From Tubiluchus corallicola (lineage: Eukaryota > Animalia > Priapulida), in contig JAQGDQ010000308.1 in assembly GCA_030141605.1 (NCBI GenBank), positions 1-64,000 of the forward strand: a DNA stretch of 64,000 bases. Direction: 5' to 3'. A model generated the notes under the pieces. That model did no database searches. It had not been told where the DNA came from and saw nothing but the letters and a program-made list of their open reading frames with translations. A program made the translations under genes and the position numbers. Shown piece after piece: positions 50,719-63,238 of the stretch; position 1 is the first letter of the stretch, and each line of letters opens with the position of its first letter.

Positions 50719-52859
50719 AGATTATTCCATTTATATGTACACTATCTTATTTAAGCTTGCATTAGCCTAAACTATTAACTCAGAAAAGGCTCAGCTTTTT
50801 ATCTGAAGGTATTTTTTGAAAGTAACGTGTGGATTATATGATTTGGAAGATTCCATTTCCCAAAATTAAAAAGAACAGTAAATGCACTTTTACGCAGAAT
50901 GGTCATTCATTTTTTCTTCGAGAAGTTTATAAGCTAAGAGTATTTCTGTATCACATGTGATTTGTATATAAGACTATATGTTCATTTTCTTATAACTTAT
51001 GAATTACAAGCGTACATTCTGCATTATTATATTTTTATAACCATATTGATTGGTGTAAATATTACAGTCAAACCTCTTTATGTATGCCCATTCAGGAATG
51101 CATAAAAGTTGGAAATATAATGACTATGGCCAGCGAAAATTTAATCTGATGCCGCATTGCATTTTGCCACTCAATTTCGCCTGACTGCTATGCAGTCTTA
51201 AATTTGAATTAATGTATTGCTAATTTGTCATACATTTACAAAGCCACAGAAGTGCTTGAACAGCTCTTTGAACAAACATTACTAAATTATGTAATTTTTT
51301 TAAAATCTCTTTGACATCGCCACAGGGTAATCTTAAATAGTCTAATGAGTAGTTAGTATAATTAAATGTTTCAGATGCAATATTGTTTTCTAGATTTGTA
51401 TTGCCCTGGGACATAATTAGTTAGGTGAATTTAAGCATAGTGCAGATAGAAAGATCTCTGATTAATGTATATCGTAATCAATAAATCATAAAAGTAACCA
51501 GTCATTAAAAATTATATCACCCAATAATATCTATATATCCAAATTTAAGAGCAAAAGCAGCAACGCTTACTTGTTTTAAAACATGTTACGCAAAAATGAA
51601 AATTGATTAACGATTACCACAATTCATATTTGTAAAGTAAAATTTTCTTGTTTGGCTATACTATACTATAAGCAAAGTTCCTGTTGTACCATCATATTTA
51701 TTCTGATTTTAAAACATTTGCCTATTAAGAAACTGAATGAAGTACTACGGTTTTCAGCAATGGCTACTCATTTTTAGTCATTTATTATAGCTTACATAAG
51801 GTAAGAATACTAACATTTAATTTGCAAATTTTAAACGTTTACTTTTCACAGACTGTTCTAAAATATGTTTTCCATGTGGAAATTATAATACAGTGTTATT
51901 AATTGCCTGATGTTTTTACACTGCAAAGCATTTTACTTTTTTGACAAGCACCACCTTTGTCACCCGTTTTAAAAGTTGAACTAAATAGACTTGAACTGAG
52001 ATCAAAAAGGGATAGAGTTTAATCAGATTTCATTGTAAATCTATATGAAAAAGTCCGAAGACATATAAATGTGCTGTTTGCATGAATGTGAGTATTGCTA
52101 TTCATTACAAAAGTATTGCTATTCATTACCAGATGACACTAAAAACTTTCCCATCTTTCTCGTGGCAAATGCAATGAGTGAGAAGATGTAGTTGTAGATG
52201 TCATGCACAAGTTGCATTAAAAATGTCGGGGGGGGGGGGTCATGAAAGGCTGAAAACACTACTTAATTTTGTCAGGAAGTAACAAGTGAAAAAAATTCTT
52301 GTTCTCTAGTACGCGTTAAATCTACAGAAAAGTCGGAAATCATGCAAATCCCATTTTTCGTCAGTATTTCCCTTTCAGTTGCCCATTTTGTCACTTAGCT
52401 ATGCAATATGCATGATTACCAACTGTACTTACTTTATTGCTTGCATGTTCAGCTATGCACTGCCTGCATGATGTCCAATTTGCATTGCCACAATTACACT
52501 CGCTGCCAATTTTGATATGCTTTGCAAATAGTTTTGCTTTATTTTAATGCTTACAGCTTGATTGCTAATACAGATACTTGATAATTTATTGTGCATTTAT
52601 ATATTTTTGGCCTTTTCTTAGTACTGCTTAAAAACTTAAAATATTGCATATTTGTTAAATCTGGATCATAAATTTGTTATTTTTCAAATTAAAAAAATTT
52701 TGATTAATGTATTGCAATTGTCTGGGCAATTTATCTCGCTTTTTTACTTTCTTTTTGCTATTCACGTGTATATTCATAGTCTCTTTATAGATATATGTTA
52801 TAACTTCCATAAAACAAACAGTTGATAACTATTACTTCTCTTAAAGTTACTCATTTAAA

Positions 52860-53274
52860 TTTCATCTCACAATGTTTAGCTATGCATATCTGATAACCAT
52901 GATTCAAGTTCAATTTTATCTTGCAAATGTTGTTTTTCTGAACATTAAAATATTCTCTTTTCTCTTTTGTGTTTTGAACCATATATAATTATGTTTAATG
53001 TTTGACTACCATGTATAATTATATAATTATGTTTAATGTTTGACTATATTTAGGAACGACTGTTTTTTGTATTTATGGACGTTTATGTATTTTTTAATAG
53101 TTGTGTTCTGCTGTCATTAGCGTATTTTTGTTTACTGTCTTTCTGAGAAGGGTGGTTGACTCACTAACCTTTGGTTTTTCGCCACCCTTTCTTCCATGTT
53201 CATTTGTATATTTTATTGTTAAATTATTGTAAATTTATGGAGAAAAATAAAAAATTACTTACTTACTTACTTAC
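52860..53274 (+). mobile_element. 3' end of an L2-clade LINE with (TTAC)n tail
   Basis: T-rich UTR; GAGAAGGGTGG...CCACCCTTTCT stem similar to the reverse complement of 39210-39262; AATAAA; TTACTTACTTACTTAC tail. Left boundary approximate. Confidence 0.6.
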
Positions 53275-54554
53275 TGCAAATTCCGACCATATCCGTGATC
53301 ATAGGAAATTAGAGGCGCTACGTCCTAGCAAGCTATCTTGTTATACGCCCGATAAAACTGGTGCTCATGTTGAAAATGAATTGTTTACTTTAAGACTTTG
53401 GTGACTGTAGCTGCAAAAATCCTAATTCATGCACTAACGCCTGCACTGATGCCAAAATTATGCAATAAGCCAATATAATAATTTTTTTGTGAGGACTATG
53501 TCAAATGTCTTCCCTAATTCTAGGTAAAATGTGCCAAGTGTGTGACCCATGATCTACCCTTTACAAAGTCTTGCTGCATTTTCGATATATTACATTTGAT
53601 GTGTGACATCAGACAGTTGCGGGACATCTTCTCCAATTTTTTGCGCCGACATCCTGGACATTTTTTGTCAATGTACCATCTTCTTTCTCCAGAACATCGA
53701 GAGTTGTCTTCAATTTTAGTTTGCTTTGACGTGTTTATCAATTAGACAGAGACATTTTTATTTATCTCCTCATTTACACCTGTATACAGATATTAATACT
53801 AACAATTACAAAGTTGTTACTAATACTAATGTTATTATTAATATACTACTACACTAAGTACTTGTAACTTATAGAGAACCTGACCGAGAACGTATCTACC
53901 ACTAGGTACCGTTGCAAATGAAAGATAAAACTTACCAACGCTACCATTATACAGCTTATCTAACGCATACTTTCTGAGTACATAATTAGCCCATATATTC
54001 ATTTACATTACTGCGCATTCATGATTAATTTTTCCTTCAATTTAAGCTAAATAATTCCTCTTTGTCAATGTTAACAAAATAAATACAAGAGTTCCTGAAT
54101 TCTGATTGATTGTGATCGGTGATTGCCTGATTGGACAAAGTGGTATGGCTAGTCAAAAGTGCTAATAGAATAGTTAATGGGGAAACCATTGACATGAAGA
54201 CTAAACCATAGATATGATAATATAACATAGCATGACAGAATATCATCGCGTTCCACGTTAGTAGTTAGTACGTGTCCCGTCTAATGCGCACCCATACGTT
54301 ATCAGTAAATAACAACAAATCAATACACCGAGGAGCGTTTAATAAGGAAGTGGCACGAGTGACCATACAGAGCTGCTCGAAACTGTGTAACTTTCTTTAA
54401 AGCACACAAAAACCTCCAGTCACATAAAGCTTAAGAAATTCGTCTTGACATTTTACGCCATTTATATGCTGTCTTTTTGCGTACAGGGCTTGCATCAGCA
54501 GTAACGCTGTATAAAATATGTAATTTAAAGACTCTTGCGATGGTCGTTATATTC

Positions 54555-55945
54555 TAGGAATCAAGTAACTAAAGAAATAAGAAGCCAGAGAGCTCAGTTT
54601 GAAGAAAATATTGCACATGCTGTTAAGCCAAATCCTAAGGCAGTTTGGAAGTATATTAAATCTAAGTACAAAATAAAAGAAGTAATTGGGGAGCTTCATA
54701 GAGTGCCGAACGAAACTACATCTGAGCTTGTAACTAGCAGTGAAGCAAAAGCAGAAATATTATCTGATTACTTTGCAAGTGTGTTTGTGTTGGAGGACTA
54801 CAGCATTCATATACCAAATTTTGAAAGGAGGCCAGTTTATAGTATGCAACAGTTGGAAATTAATGAGGAAATAGTAGAAGAACAGTTGAAAAAGCTAAAT
54901 ATATCAAAATCAGAAGGGGGTAGATGGCATGCATCCACAGCTGTTAAGAAAATTAGCAGACGAAATTAAAGTGCCTTTAACTATGATTTTTAATCATTCG
55001 CTTGTAGCACGAGTTTTACCACATAAACGGAAAGAAGCAAGAATATCTGCGATATACAAAAAGGGTAATAGAAAAATGGCAAATAACTATCGTCCTGTAT
55101 CTCTAATAAGTGTTGTGTATAAGGTAATGGAGAAGTTTTTGAGGGACCACATTCTGGAGTACCTACTGATGAACAATTTTATTAATAATAAGCAATATGG
55201 GTTTTTGCCAGGACGATTAACAAGTCTACAGCTCTTACAATTAATGGAGATGTGGACTGAAGCACTGGATCGTGGAGAAAACGTGGATGTCGTGCATACG
55301 GACTTTGAAAAAGCATTTGATAGAGTGCCCCATGAAAGGTTGTTGTGTAAGTTGAGAGCATATAGGATTGAGGTATAGTTACATGGATACCAGTTTTTTT
55401 GAGTAATAGGAAGCAAAAAATCATCAAACAGGGATGTGGCTCAAGCTGACGAAATGTAGATAATGGAATTCCACAGGGCAGCGTCCTCAGTCCAATATTA
55501 TTTCTCATCTACGTCAATGATCTTCCAGAAGAAGTAGTGTCTGAAATTTTTCTGTTTGCGGATGATACAATACTGTTCAATAAAATTGAATCACAGCAGG
55601 ACAGGGAAAACGTTCAAGAAGATCTTCATAGTATGACTAATGGAGCAAAGATTGGTTGTTAGCTTTTCATCCTAGTAAATGTAAGGCGATGAATATAACA
55701 TCTAGGAAAGAAAATAATCAAACTTCTGATTACACGCTGGTTAGAGATGAAATTAGTAACCGGATACCATGGGTTGAGTCAGAGAAGGACACTGGCGTTA
55801 TTTTTGATAGATAGCTCACATTTGAACAAACATCCAGGAAAAGATAAGCAAAGCTAAGAAGATGGTGGGGATAATAACTAGAGCTTTTACTACTTTGACA
55901 AATAGTATGTTCATCTGTCTGTACAAAGTCCTAGTTAGGCAAATC
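54555..55945 (+). mobile_element. Decayed CR1-clade LINE ORF2 fragment
   Basis: NPKAVWKYIKSK, KAEILSDYFASVF, NYRPVSL, QYGF, DFEKAFDRVPH, GIPQGSVLSP, FADD; frameshifts and stops. Confidence 0.88.
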
Positions 55946-57616
55946 AGTATGATATAAGCATGAAATTGCTATAAGTTAATAGATTTTTTAAGGCGATTTT
56001 TCTGAAACCTACTTCAGGTACCATTTTTCTTGTCCTTTAACCTGTTTTATGCCACCTATACCGCACCCACCTCTACAGTTTATTTTACTACTCCTGTTCT
56101 CGTAACAATGCACTTTTACATATATGAAACCCTGCCAACCTGCCAATAAATTTGCTAAATTCCTCTCACTTTAAGCTAGTTATTGATGTGGCGTCATCTG
56201 TGACAACACAACGTCTTAACTTATAATTGTCTAAACTCGCCTTGTCATTCCAGGAATGAACGCATCGGCTATGTTAGTAGGGTAGATGTAATATTTCTGC
56301 ATGGTGCCTTGGAGATATCACATACCCTCAATTCTTTTGCACTTGACCTTTGTCCTGTAACCTGACCTATAACCCTCACGCCTGACCCTAATTTCGAATC
56401 TTTGACAACCAACTTGAAAACTTCAAGCCTTTTATCAATGTTTAATTAAACTATAACCCCACAATTTGCAAATGATTTCGTGCACATGGAAAGTGCAGAG
56501 TAAAAATGGTGCAGGTAAAATAATGGCACAGGAAAAATGACACAGAAAAAAGTATACAAGTGGAAAGATAGGAAAAAATTGCACACCTAATAAAACATAA
56601 TTTTTTTACGATTCATCATCACAATTATGATTACCTCCATAAGAAAGTTGCATTTTGTTTACTGTTGGTTTGTTAGTTTTGTTTGTTAAGATGATTATGC
56701 AAAAATTGCTTAACAAATTTCCATTAACTTTGTTCCATTTAAAAAATGTAACAAAAAACGAGTAAACAGCAAATTAAAAATTGACTGCAAAAGAGGAAAT
56801 TTATTTACAAAAAGTGACTAAAACATGTGCCTAAGATTCTGCACACTGACACTTTTTATTGATGTCAATTTAATCACCGATTTGGTGAAGAGGATCGAGT
56901 GTATCCACAACTGCAGTGGCCCTTTCCTGACAAGGAAATGATCAACTCAAACTGGTTTGGACCTGGCGACCAAATGCTGCATGACGTAACTTAAAACAAT
57001 AGCAGTGGGCGAGACTGATCACCAGTTTCAAGTAATCGTGATTACAGATTATTTATTGGCAGTAATCAATTACTGATATTGCCCTTTTGCATCTGCTTTT
57101 GCATAAGATTTCAAGAGTTCGACACATGCTGAAACTGAATATGGTGACGTCAGAGTATTTCAAGTAAGACAAAATTATCAAACAGGCAAAGATTTCAGGA
57201 TTTTGCCGAAAATTTAAAGTTAAAGGAGCGTATAATGCTTTTATAATAAACTGTTACCGAATCGTCTCTGTAGCTCAAGCTAAACCAGACTTTTTTCAAA
57301 AGTTTCTGCCGAATCGGGTCAGATCTAAGGTAACTCAGAACTTCAGCAAATTGAACCGGATCAAAGCCCCGATTCGGATTCAGTTTCGAAGCTCCAGTTC
57401 TGTTGGGGCTTCGTGACATCCTTAGGTCTAGTTCTGCCTGCATTCAAAGAATTTACTACTGTTACTGTACTAAAAACAGTAGAGTCACTATTCTGAACAC
57501 TTGATGATAGTGGCTACATATTTTGCAAGAATAAACTTTTGCAAATCATATCAATACAATAATAATAAAAACAAAGCAAAGAAATCTCCCAGAATGTAAA
57601 ATGTAAACCATGTAGG

Positions 57617-57622
57617 TTTATT
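57617..57622 (-). terminator. Candidate polyadenylation signal downstream of MVK
   Basis: AATAAA on the minus strand ~100 nt after the MVK stop. Confidence 0.5.
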
Positions 57623-57719
57623 GTACATCGCTTGTTATTGTGCAAATACAGCACACAATGTCAGTCAATACGATTATAATTACTTAATATACTAATATAA
57701 TATTATAATTATGTACTGG

Positions 57720-58817
57720 CTAGTGTGTAGTTACACCGGGTCCACCAACAATGGTCTGCCAACAGTCATAACCTTTATTTTTTGCTGCAGTCACTAAGGG
57801 TTCCGAAGAACAACCAGATAAAAGTCCAAATGCACAACCACCTCCACCTGCACCAGTCAGTTTAGAATGGACTTTGTATTGTCGACTCAGTAAAATTACA
57901 TCGTCCAGCTTTGCATGGCCGACTCCTAAAATGTTCAAAAGATTCTGATTAATGTCTACTAATTCGTTGAGTACTGTTTCACTAACATCACAATTACCAT
58001 TTGATAATGAAATGAAAGCTTGTTTTGCCTCAGTTACCACAGATGCAATAGCGTCCAAAACGTGTGTCATAATATTTGGATGCTTATCACATTTTTCTTT
58101 CACACCGCTTACTAACGTTTTTGTACTCCTAGGCACGTTTGTATTAATCACAATAATATTAACTGACATTGTCCCTGGAATGATCTGTTGTACAGAAGGA
58201 GAAGCACCCTTGTCAAAAATCAACATCCCTCCATAAGTACTGACTGCATTATCAACCCCTGAAGGGTTACCATGAATAATTCGCTCAATTTCAAATGCCC
58301 AATTATTTATAAGTTCGTAATCGTTTTCTGACCATGATGTACATTGGGGAGGTATCTCATCAGAAAAGATAAGCAAACTGGTTGCAACACACACAGCATA
58401 TGCAGCAGAAGAGCCAAGTCCAGCTCCAGTTGGTAACGTTGAGTCAACTGTGACGCTAATGCTTCTGATTGGTAACTTATTTAATTTCAAGTGTACATGA
58501 AGGAACGCAATGATAGCCATTTGTCTAGTATCCATGCTTGTAAACTGTAGAAACGCCTTAATTTTCTCCAATGCTTCGCTTTGAACACTTGCTTTATTAC
58601 AGTCAAGGTGAAGTTTTAGCAGATCTGCGATCTGCCATGACACGTTTATTCCTACATTAGGTAAGCATAGCGAAACAAATTCATCCTGAGTCTGCTTCAG
58701 TGTTAGCTGAGTTCTAAGATTCAATGCACCCGCTAGTGCGGGTTTACCATACACCACAGCATGTTCTCCAAACAGAATAATTTTCCCTGGTGCAGACACT
58801 TTTATGATGCTTTCCAT
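57720..58817 (-). CDS. MVK: Mevalonate kinase (GHMP kinase), 365 aa, intronless
   Basis: SAPGKIILFGEHAVVYGKPALA, LPTGAGLGSSAA, E.IIHGNPSGVDNAVSTYGG, KLTGAGGGGC. Confidence 0.96.
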   Translation of the reverse strand: MESIIKVSAPGKIILFGEHAVVYGKPALAGALNLRTQLTLKQTQDEFVSLCLPNVGINVSWQIADLLKLHLDCNKASVQSEALEKIKAFLQFTSMDTRQMAIIAFLHVHLKLNKLPIRSISVTVDSTLPTGAGLGSSAAYAVCVATSLLIFSDEIPPQCTSWSENDYELINNWAFEIERIIHGNPSGVDNAVSTYGGMLIFDKGASPSVQQIIPGTMSVNIIVINTNVPRSTKTLVSGVKEKCDKHPNIMTHVLDAIASVVTEAKQAFISLSNGNCDVSETVLNELVDINQNLLNILGVGHAKLDDVILLSRQYKVHSKLTGAGGGGCAFGLLSGCSSEPLVTAAKNKGYDCWQTIVGGPGVTTH

Positions 58818-58852
58818 ATCTAGCTCAGGTTTGTTCTAATTGTTCTACTGTA

Positions 58853-61800
58853 TTAAAGGTCCATGTCACGTGCGTATACAATACTCAGCTGATGTATATC
58901 ACTAGATTGCAAAAGTTTGATGTTATCACTTTCGTATGAAGCTTTTTCTTTTACTCTTTCATTTAGCGTATGTTGCACTTGTTTAGCCCACAGAAGATCC
59001 TCCGTCCAGAGTTCAGAATCACCTGGATTTAAATGCACTGCCCTTGAGAAACTTTTCACAGCCTTAAAAAAATGATCATTTCAAATAAGGCTGCAATAAA
59101 AATTAAGAAGTGAGAGAAAATCATAAATAAACAATAGATGTATAAACACATGTAATTTATACATGATAAAACAATATTATAATTATTTAATAAAGATCCT
59201 ATGAGTCGCATAACAACAATGGTGTGCAAAGGCTTGTAGAATAGGATTTGGTCTAGTGGTAACATGTCCGCTTTCCGTATGGGAGGTCGTGAATTCGATA
59301 CTGCGGTCGGGTCATACCAAAGACTTTAAAAATGATACCTGTTGTTGCCCTCCCTGGCGTGCGCAGATCACCAAAAGTGGGTTAAAATAATAGTTTCTGT
59401 TATGTAATTGTAGATTGTTATTTATAGTCAGTCCAAAAGCTCTCTGGAATTATGTTAATTGGTCATCCAAAAAGCCAGCTTTAAATAAAGATTATTATTA
59501 TTATAGGGTCCGCCAACAATTGTTCCTGTATTTAAAGGCACTTTGGAGATCTAAAATGAGGCCTAAATTCTAGTGCAAACTTCCTTAAATGTGAGAAATG
59601 CACCTGTAATAAGTTTTGTTTAAGGTGTATATAAGTGATCTGTAATTCCTAGGTAATTTAAGTCAGAATTTTGCTCATGAGTCATAATAGCTATTACTAA
59701 AACTCAGGGCCAGCTCTAGGTAGTCTGGCACCCTAGGCAAAAGTATTTTTAGCGCCCCCTCCTCAACAGTTAACCCCTTCCCCCACAGTCCCAATCACAC
59801 GTCCAAAACAGATAAAAAGTGGTTCCTGTGTGTTAGGCTTATACACACACTTATCTACTAAATTAAGTGTAGCATTTACCTATCTACAGTTAGTGTTGTG
59901 TTAATTGAAATTGAAATTGAATTTATGATGCCATTGTATGTCCTAGGTTTTCAGGAGCAATCAAATTTCTGCAATTCCATCTACTCTTGTCTAGAGTTTC
60001 CCTCAGCTTTTCATTAGAAAATTTTGGAAATCCTAACCCTACAGTAGGCTCATTACTATAAGCAATTACTTTACTCTGCTACTTTATGCAAACAATAGAA
60101 ACTGTAGGCTTTCGTTTCTTTTAATTAGTGCTGTGCACTTAAAGAATTACAATAGGCTACACCATGTTGTTACTTAGGTTAAAGCTCAAAATTAAAGAAT
60201 TACTTCCAGAATTTGGTGCCCTAGGCAACTGCCTAGTTTGCCTTATTGGTAGAACTGGCCTTGCTAAAACTCAGTTCTCTTTTATCACAGGCTTATCGCA
60301 ATTAACTTGAAGTCATAAACTGGATGAGTTCCCAACTTTAGTGGCTTCATTAGCCAAAAGTTTTTTGCGTGAATCGCAGAATGATCTCTTGATCTGCTGG
60401 CATAATTACTGCAGCTAAGTATAGTCGTGCACTGATATTCTATATGCTTCAGTGGGTGATTCTATTTCCAACAAAGGGAGGAAAAGTTTATCCTCACTGC
60501 GATACATTTTACTTTGTTCAAGTTGAGGTAAGAGTTGGCAAAAAATTGGGAGAAAGGGAAGTTTCCATTAAGATTTTCATTAAAAGATACATAGTCTCCA
60601 GATCAAATTTAGAGAATTGGAATGTCTACACTAGAGTATTTATTGTGAGTGATGCAGATCTAGGGTTCAAGGTGGTATAATTCAAAAATTATGTCACATC
60701 AAAAGATAGGCTTTATTTAGATTATGCAGTCTGTTGCTGCTTTATAATCACATGGTGAAGAGGAGGTTTAGAAAAGCCTGCATTCATAATTTTGAGTTAC
60801 TTGAGCTTTTTAGAGTGGGCTTGCAGCAATAAGCAGAGGCACTCTTGTTAAAATTACATGTACATACTGGATTGCTGGTGATGTATACCATTTTTAAGTA
60901 TCTATATACACCCCTGAAAATAATAAAAGCTCGCCTTCAGTACTATTACACAAGACACGTACCCAGCTAAAATTGCAATATGTGTGTTTTCATGTTGGAT
61001 AATACTGTGAATGCATGCCGCTGCATTGCTGCGCAATGTGATGATTTCGTGAAACACATAACCTATCAACATTATAATACAACACGAGCGTAAAATGTGC
61101 ATGAATATTAGCTGCAATAGTTGATTATTAGAAAGATTTACAAGTGCTTTTAACGTTGTAATAATTTTTTTTCAAAATTAGAGGCCATGTAGTGCAAGGT
61201 TTCCATGTGTGGACCGCACACCACTGTGTATTAACCACTTTTAGTGCATTTAGTATTTACCAGTTTTATTTCTCCAGCATGAATTTGTGCACGACCCAGA
61301 GTCTGATGAGCAATCCACCATAAGCTATTAATATGTACTGCAACCTCGGCTGACTTGATTGCCAAGAATGGTTCATAAAGCTGTAGTAAAGCCTGCGAAT
61401 ACAAAAGGAAAGGAATACAGGAAACTGGAGACTTTAACCTGCACCACACTTACCCACTTACTTATAAACTCTAATTTTATCCTGGTTAAACTTATTTATC
61501 ACATGCCTTATTCACTAAACTTGCCAACTCTACTCTTGACAAGTGGAGGATCGTAATTTTCGTAATCGTAATCGTAATCAGAAAACCAAATCATAACACG
61601 CATTCCACATTGCACTGTTTGCTCGAGCGATGCGCTCACCATAACCATAATAATCAGCAATGACAGTGAATATTATTTGCAATTCAACAGAGAAAATGCA
61701 AATATATTTTCACACAAATACGAGTTCATACCTAGTTCTTCATAATGGCAACTGTTTGTAACAACTTGATTATCAAGTAAAGTGAATACATTAACATAAT

Positions 61801-63238
61801 AATACAATTTCAACTTACATACATGTACAAGCTATCAAGACGTAATCACACAGAACTTAGTAATTTTTCTAAAGTAGTACATCATTATTTCTTCTAAGAA
61901 AACGTAGACTACATTTTCACATACGCTTTTTGAACTTTAAAATGTGTAAAGGATAACGAACGCCGAGTAGTGCAGAGTAGCTTATCAGTCATATAAATTG
62001 TGACCATGTTTAATGGATTTATGTCAAAATAGCTTAAATGCAAAATACATTGTTAAAGGAAAAACTAACACTCGAATAACGTTCATTGCATTTTAATGAA
62101 CACTTAGAAAAATTGAAATTACCACGTAATAACATTCCTAGATAAAAATGCAAAAGAAATTTAAATTTTTCTTATTGCCAGCCAAACAAACTTTTCCTTA
62201 AATGGTGGGTAACGGGATTCACAAAAAGCAAAAGTACTGCTAATAATCTCTTGTTTAACGTTTTGAATTACTTGCACAGTAGTTGATAATAGTAACTGCA
62301 ACTCCAAAAAAGCTTGCTCATGCACCTAGCAGCATAAGTGTTTATATTGCACAAACTGGATTTTCATTCAAAATGACATGTCCAAGGGGTACGTGACATT
62401 TGGGCATGAGACGTTGGGGACGAGACATTTGAGCACGGGGATAATTGGGCATGAGACATTTGGGTACCCATAAAATTCAATGTTGTAATATAAATTCAAC
62501 ATATATAGTTAAATGTGTTATAATTATTAAAACAAGTCAATTGACTTTACACTTTTTGCTTTTCCACTTTTGTTCTTTATACAATTTGCCGTATTTCTCG
62601 CAAAATGTGTGATACATGTAATATACGCGTCAGCAACACAGCAATGCTTTTACACGTGCTAAGGGGGTTATAACTGTTTCAAGCTTTAATTACATGATCT
62701 TGTTCAGAAAATAATCATTATTAAGTCTTATTAGAAAAACTTCAAATGTTTTAAAACTTGCATGGTAACATAGCAAGTTACAATTTTAACTTACTATAGG
62801 CAGCACGGTCTGTAGCACTGTACACAGCAAATAATGTCACAGTGTTCTTGCATGACTGAGTTACATACGTAGCAGCATGTTGTGCATTTGTACTGGCGCC
62901 AAAACGGTCGAGCCCAAACAGCCTGTCCACCGCTGATGTGATCGAAAATTGATTTTACTAATTACCCCAGGCACTTATCACAACTTTATTGCTAAAACAT
63001 TCTAACATTTGTCTCAAATATTAAAATTGGGTGAACTTCCTGACAGACAAGGTTTTTCCTTTAAAAAGCCTAGGTCAATCAAATAAGTATGCATAGAAGT
63101 TACAATTAGCAAAACTTTTACAAGAATTTAAACTAATAGCAAACAAAAAAACAAACCTGAGCTTTCATCTCATGAAGGGTAGCATCACTGGGCATCAATA
63201 ATGCAGCTTCCTCCCATTTTGAAATGGCTTCTCTAAAC
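58853..63238 (-). CDS. TTC33: TTC33-like tetratricopeptide repeat protein, last three coding exons (63238-63157, 61392-61261, 59062-58853); 5' exon(s) outside window
   Basis: RFREAISKWEEAALLMPSDATLHEMKAQ|ALLQLYEPFLAIKSAEVAVHINSLWWIAHQTLGRAQIHAGEIKL|AVKSFSRAVHLNPGDSELWTEDLLWA; consistent splice phases, GT-AG; matches the TTC33 pattern as I recall it. Confidence 0.85.
59243..59503 (+). mobile_element. tRNA-derived SINE with Meta-domain-like core and (ATT)n tail
   Basis: A box TGGTCTAGTGG (59249-59259), B box GAATTCGATAC (59291-59301), core GGGTCATACCAAAGACTTTAAAAATGATACCTGTTG, AATAAA + ATTATTATTATTAT. Confidence 0.8.
59705..60263. mobile_element. hAT-type MITE
   Basis: TIRs CAGGGCCAGCTCTA / TAGAACTGGCCTTG; perfect 8-bp TSD CTAAAACT (59697-59704, 60264-60271); subterminal CCCTAGGCAA repeats. 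Confidence 0.9.
62386..62931. mobile_element. Probable non-autonomous DNA transposon with ~15-bp subterminal tandem repeats
   Basis: Array of GAGACATTTGGGCAT-like units at 62395-62470 and inverted-sense units (GGCGCCAAAACGGTC, GAGCCCAAACAGCC) at ~62895-62925; no clear TSD. Confidence 0.45.

Noticed and set aside
57195-57443. 82-aa ORF containing DPVQFAE, resembling the human BCR N-terminus DPVGFAE
   Set aside because: The true BCR N-terminal coiled coil is already in the 48860 ORF and the similarity does not extend; treated as coincidence.
58822-58835. 14-nt inverted match between the TTC33-MVK spacer and the TTC33 donor region at ~63150-63163
   Set aside because: A single short match in 64 kb is plausible by chance; no extension on either side.
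59243-59310. tRNA gene
   Set aside because: A/B boxes continue into a SINE core and tail; no complete cloverleaf or Pol III terminator.
62395-62470. CRISPR-like repeat array
   Set aside because: Contiguous ~15-bp tandem units without unique spacers, in eukaryotic intron context; transposon subterminal repeats.
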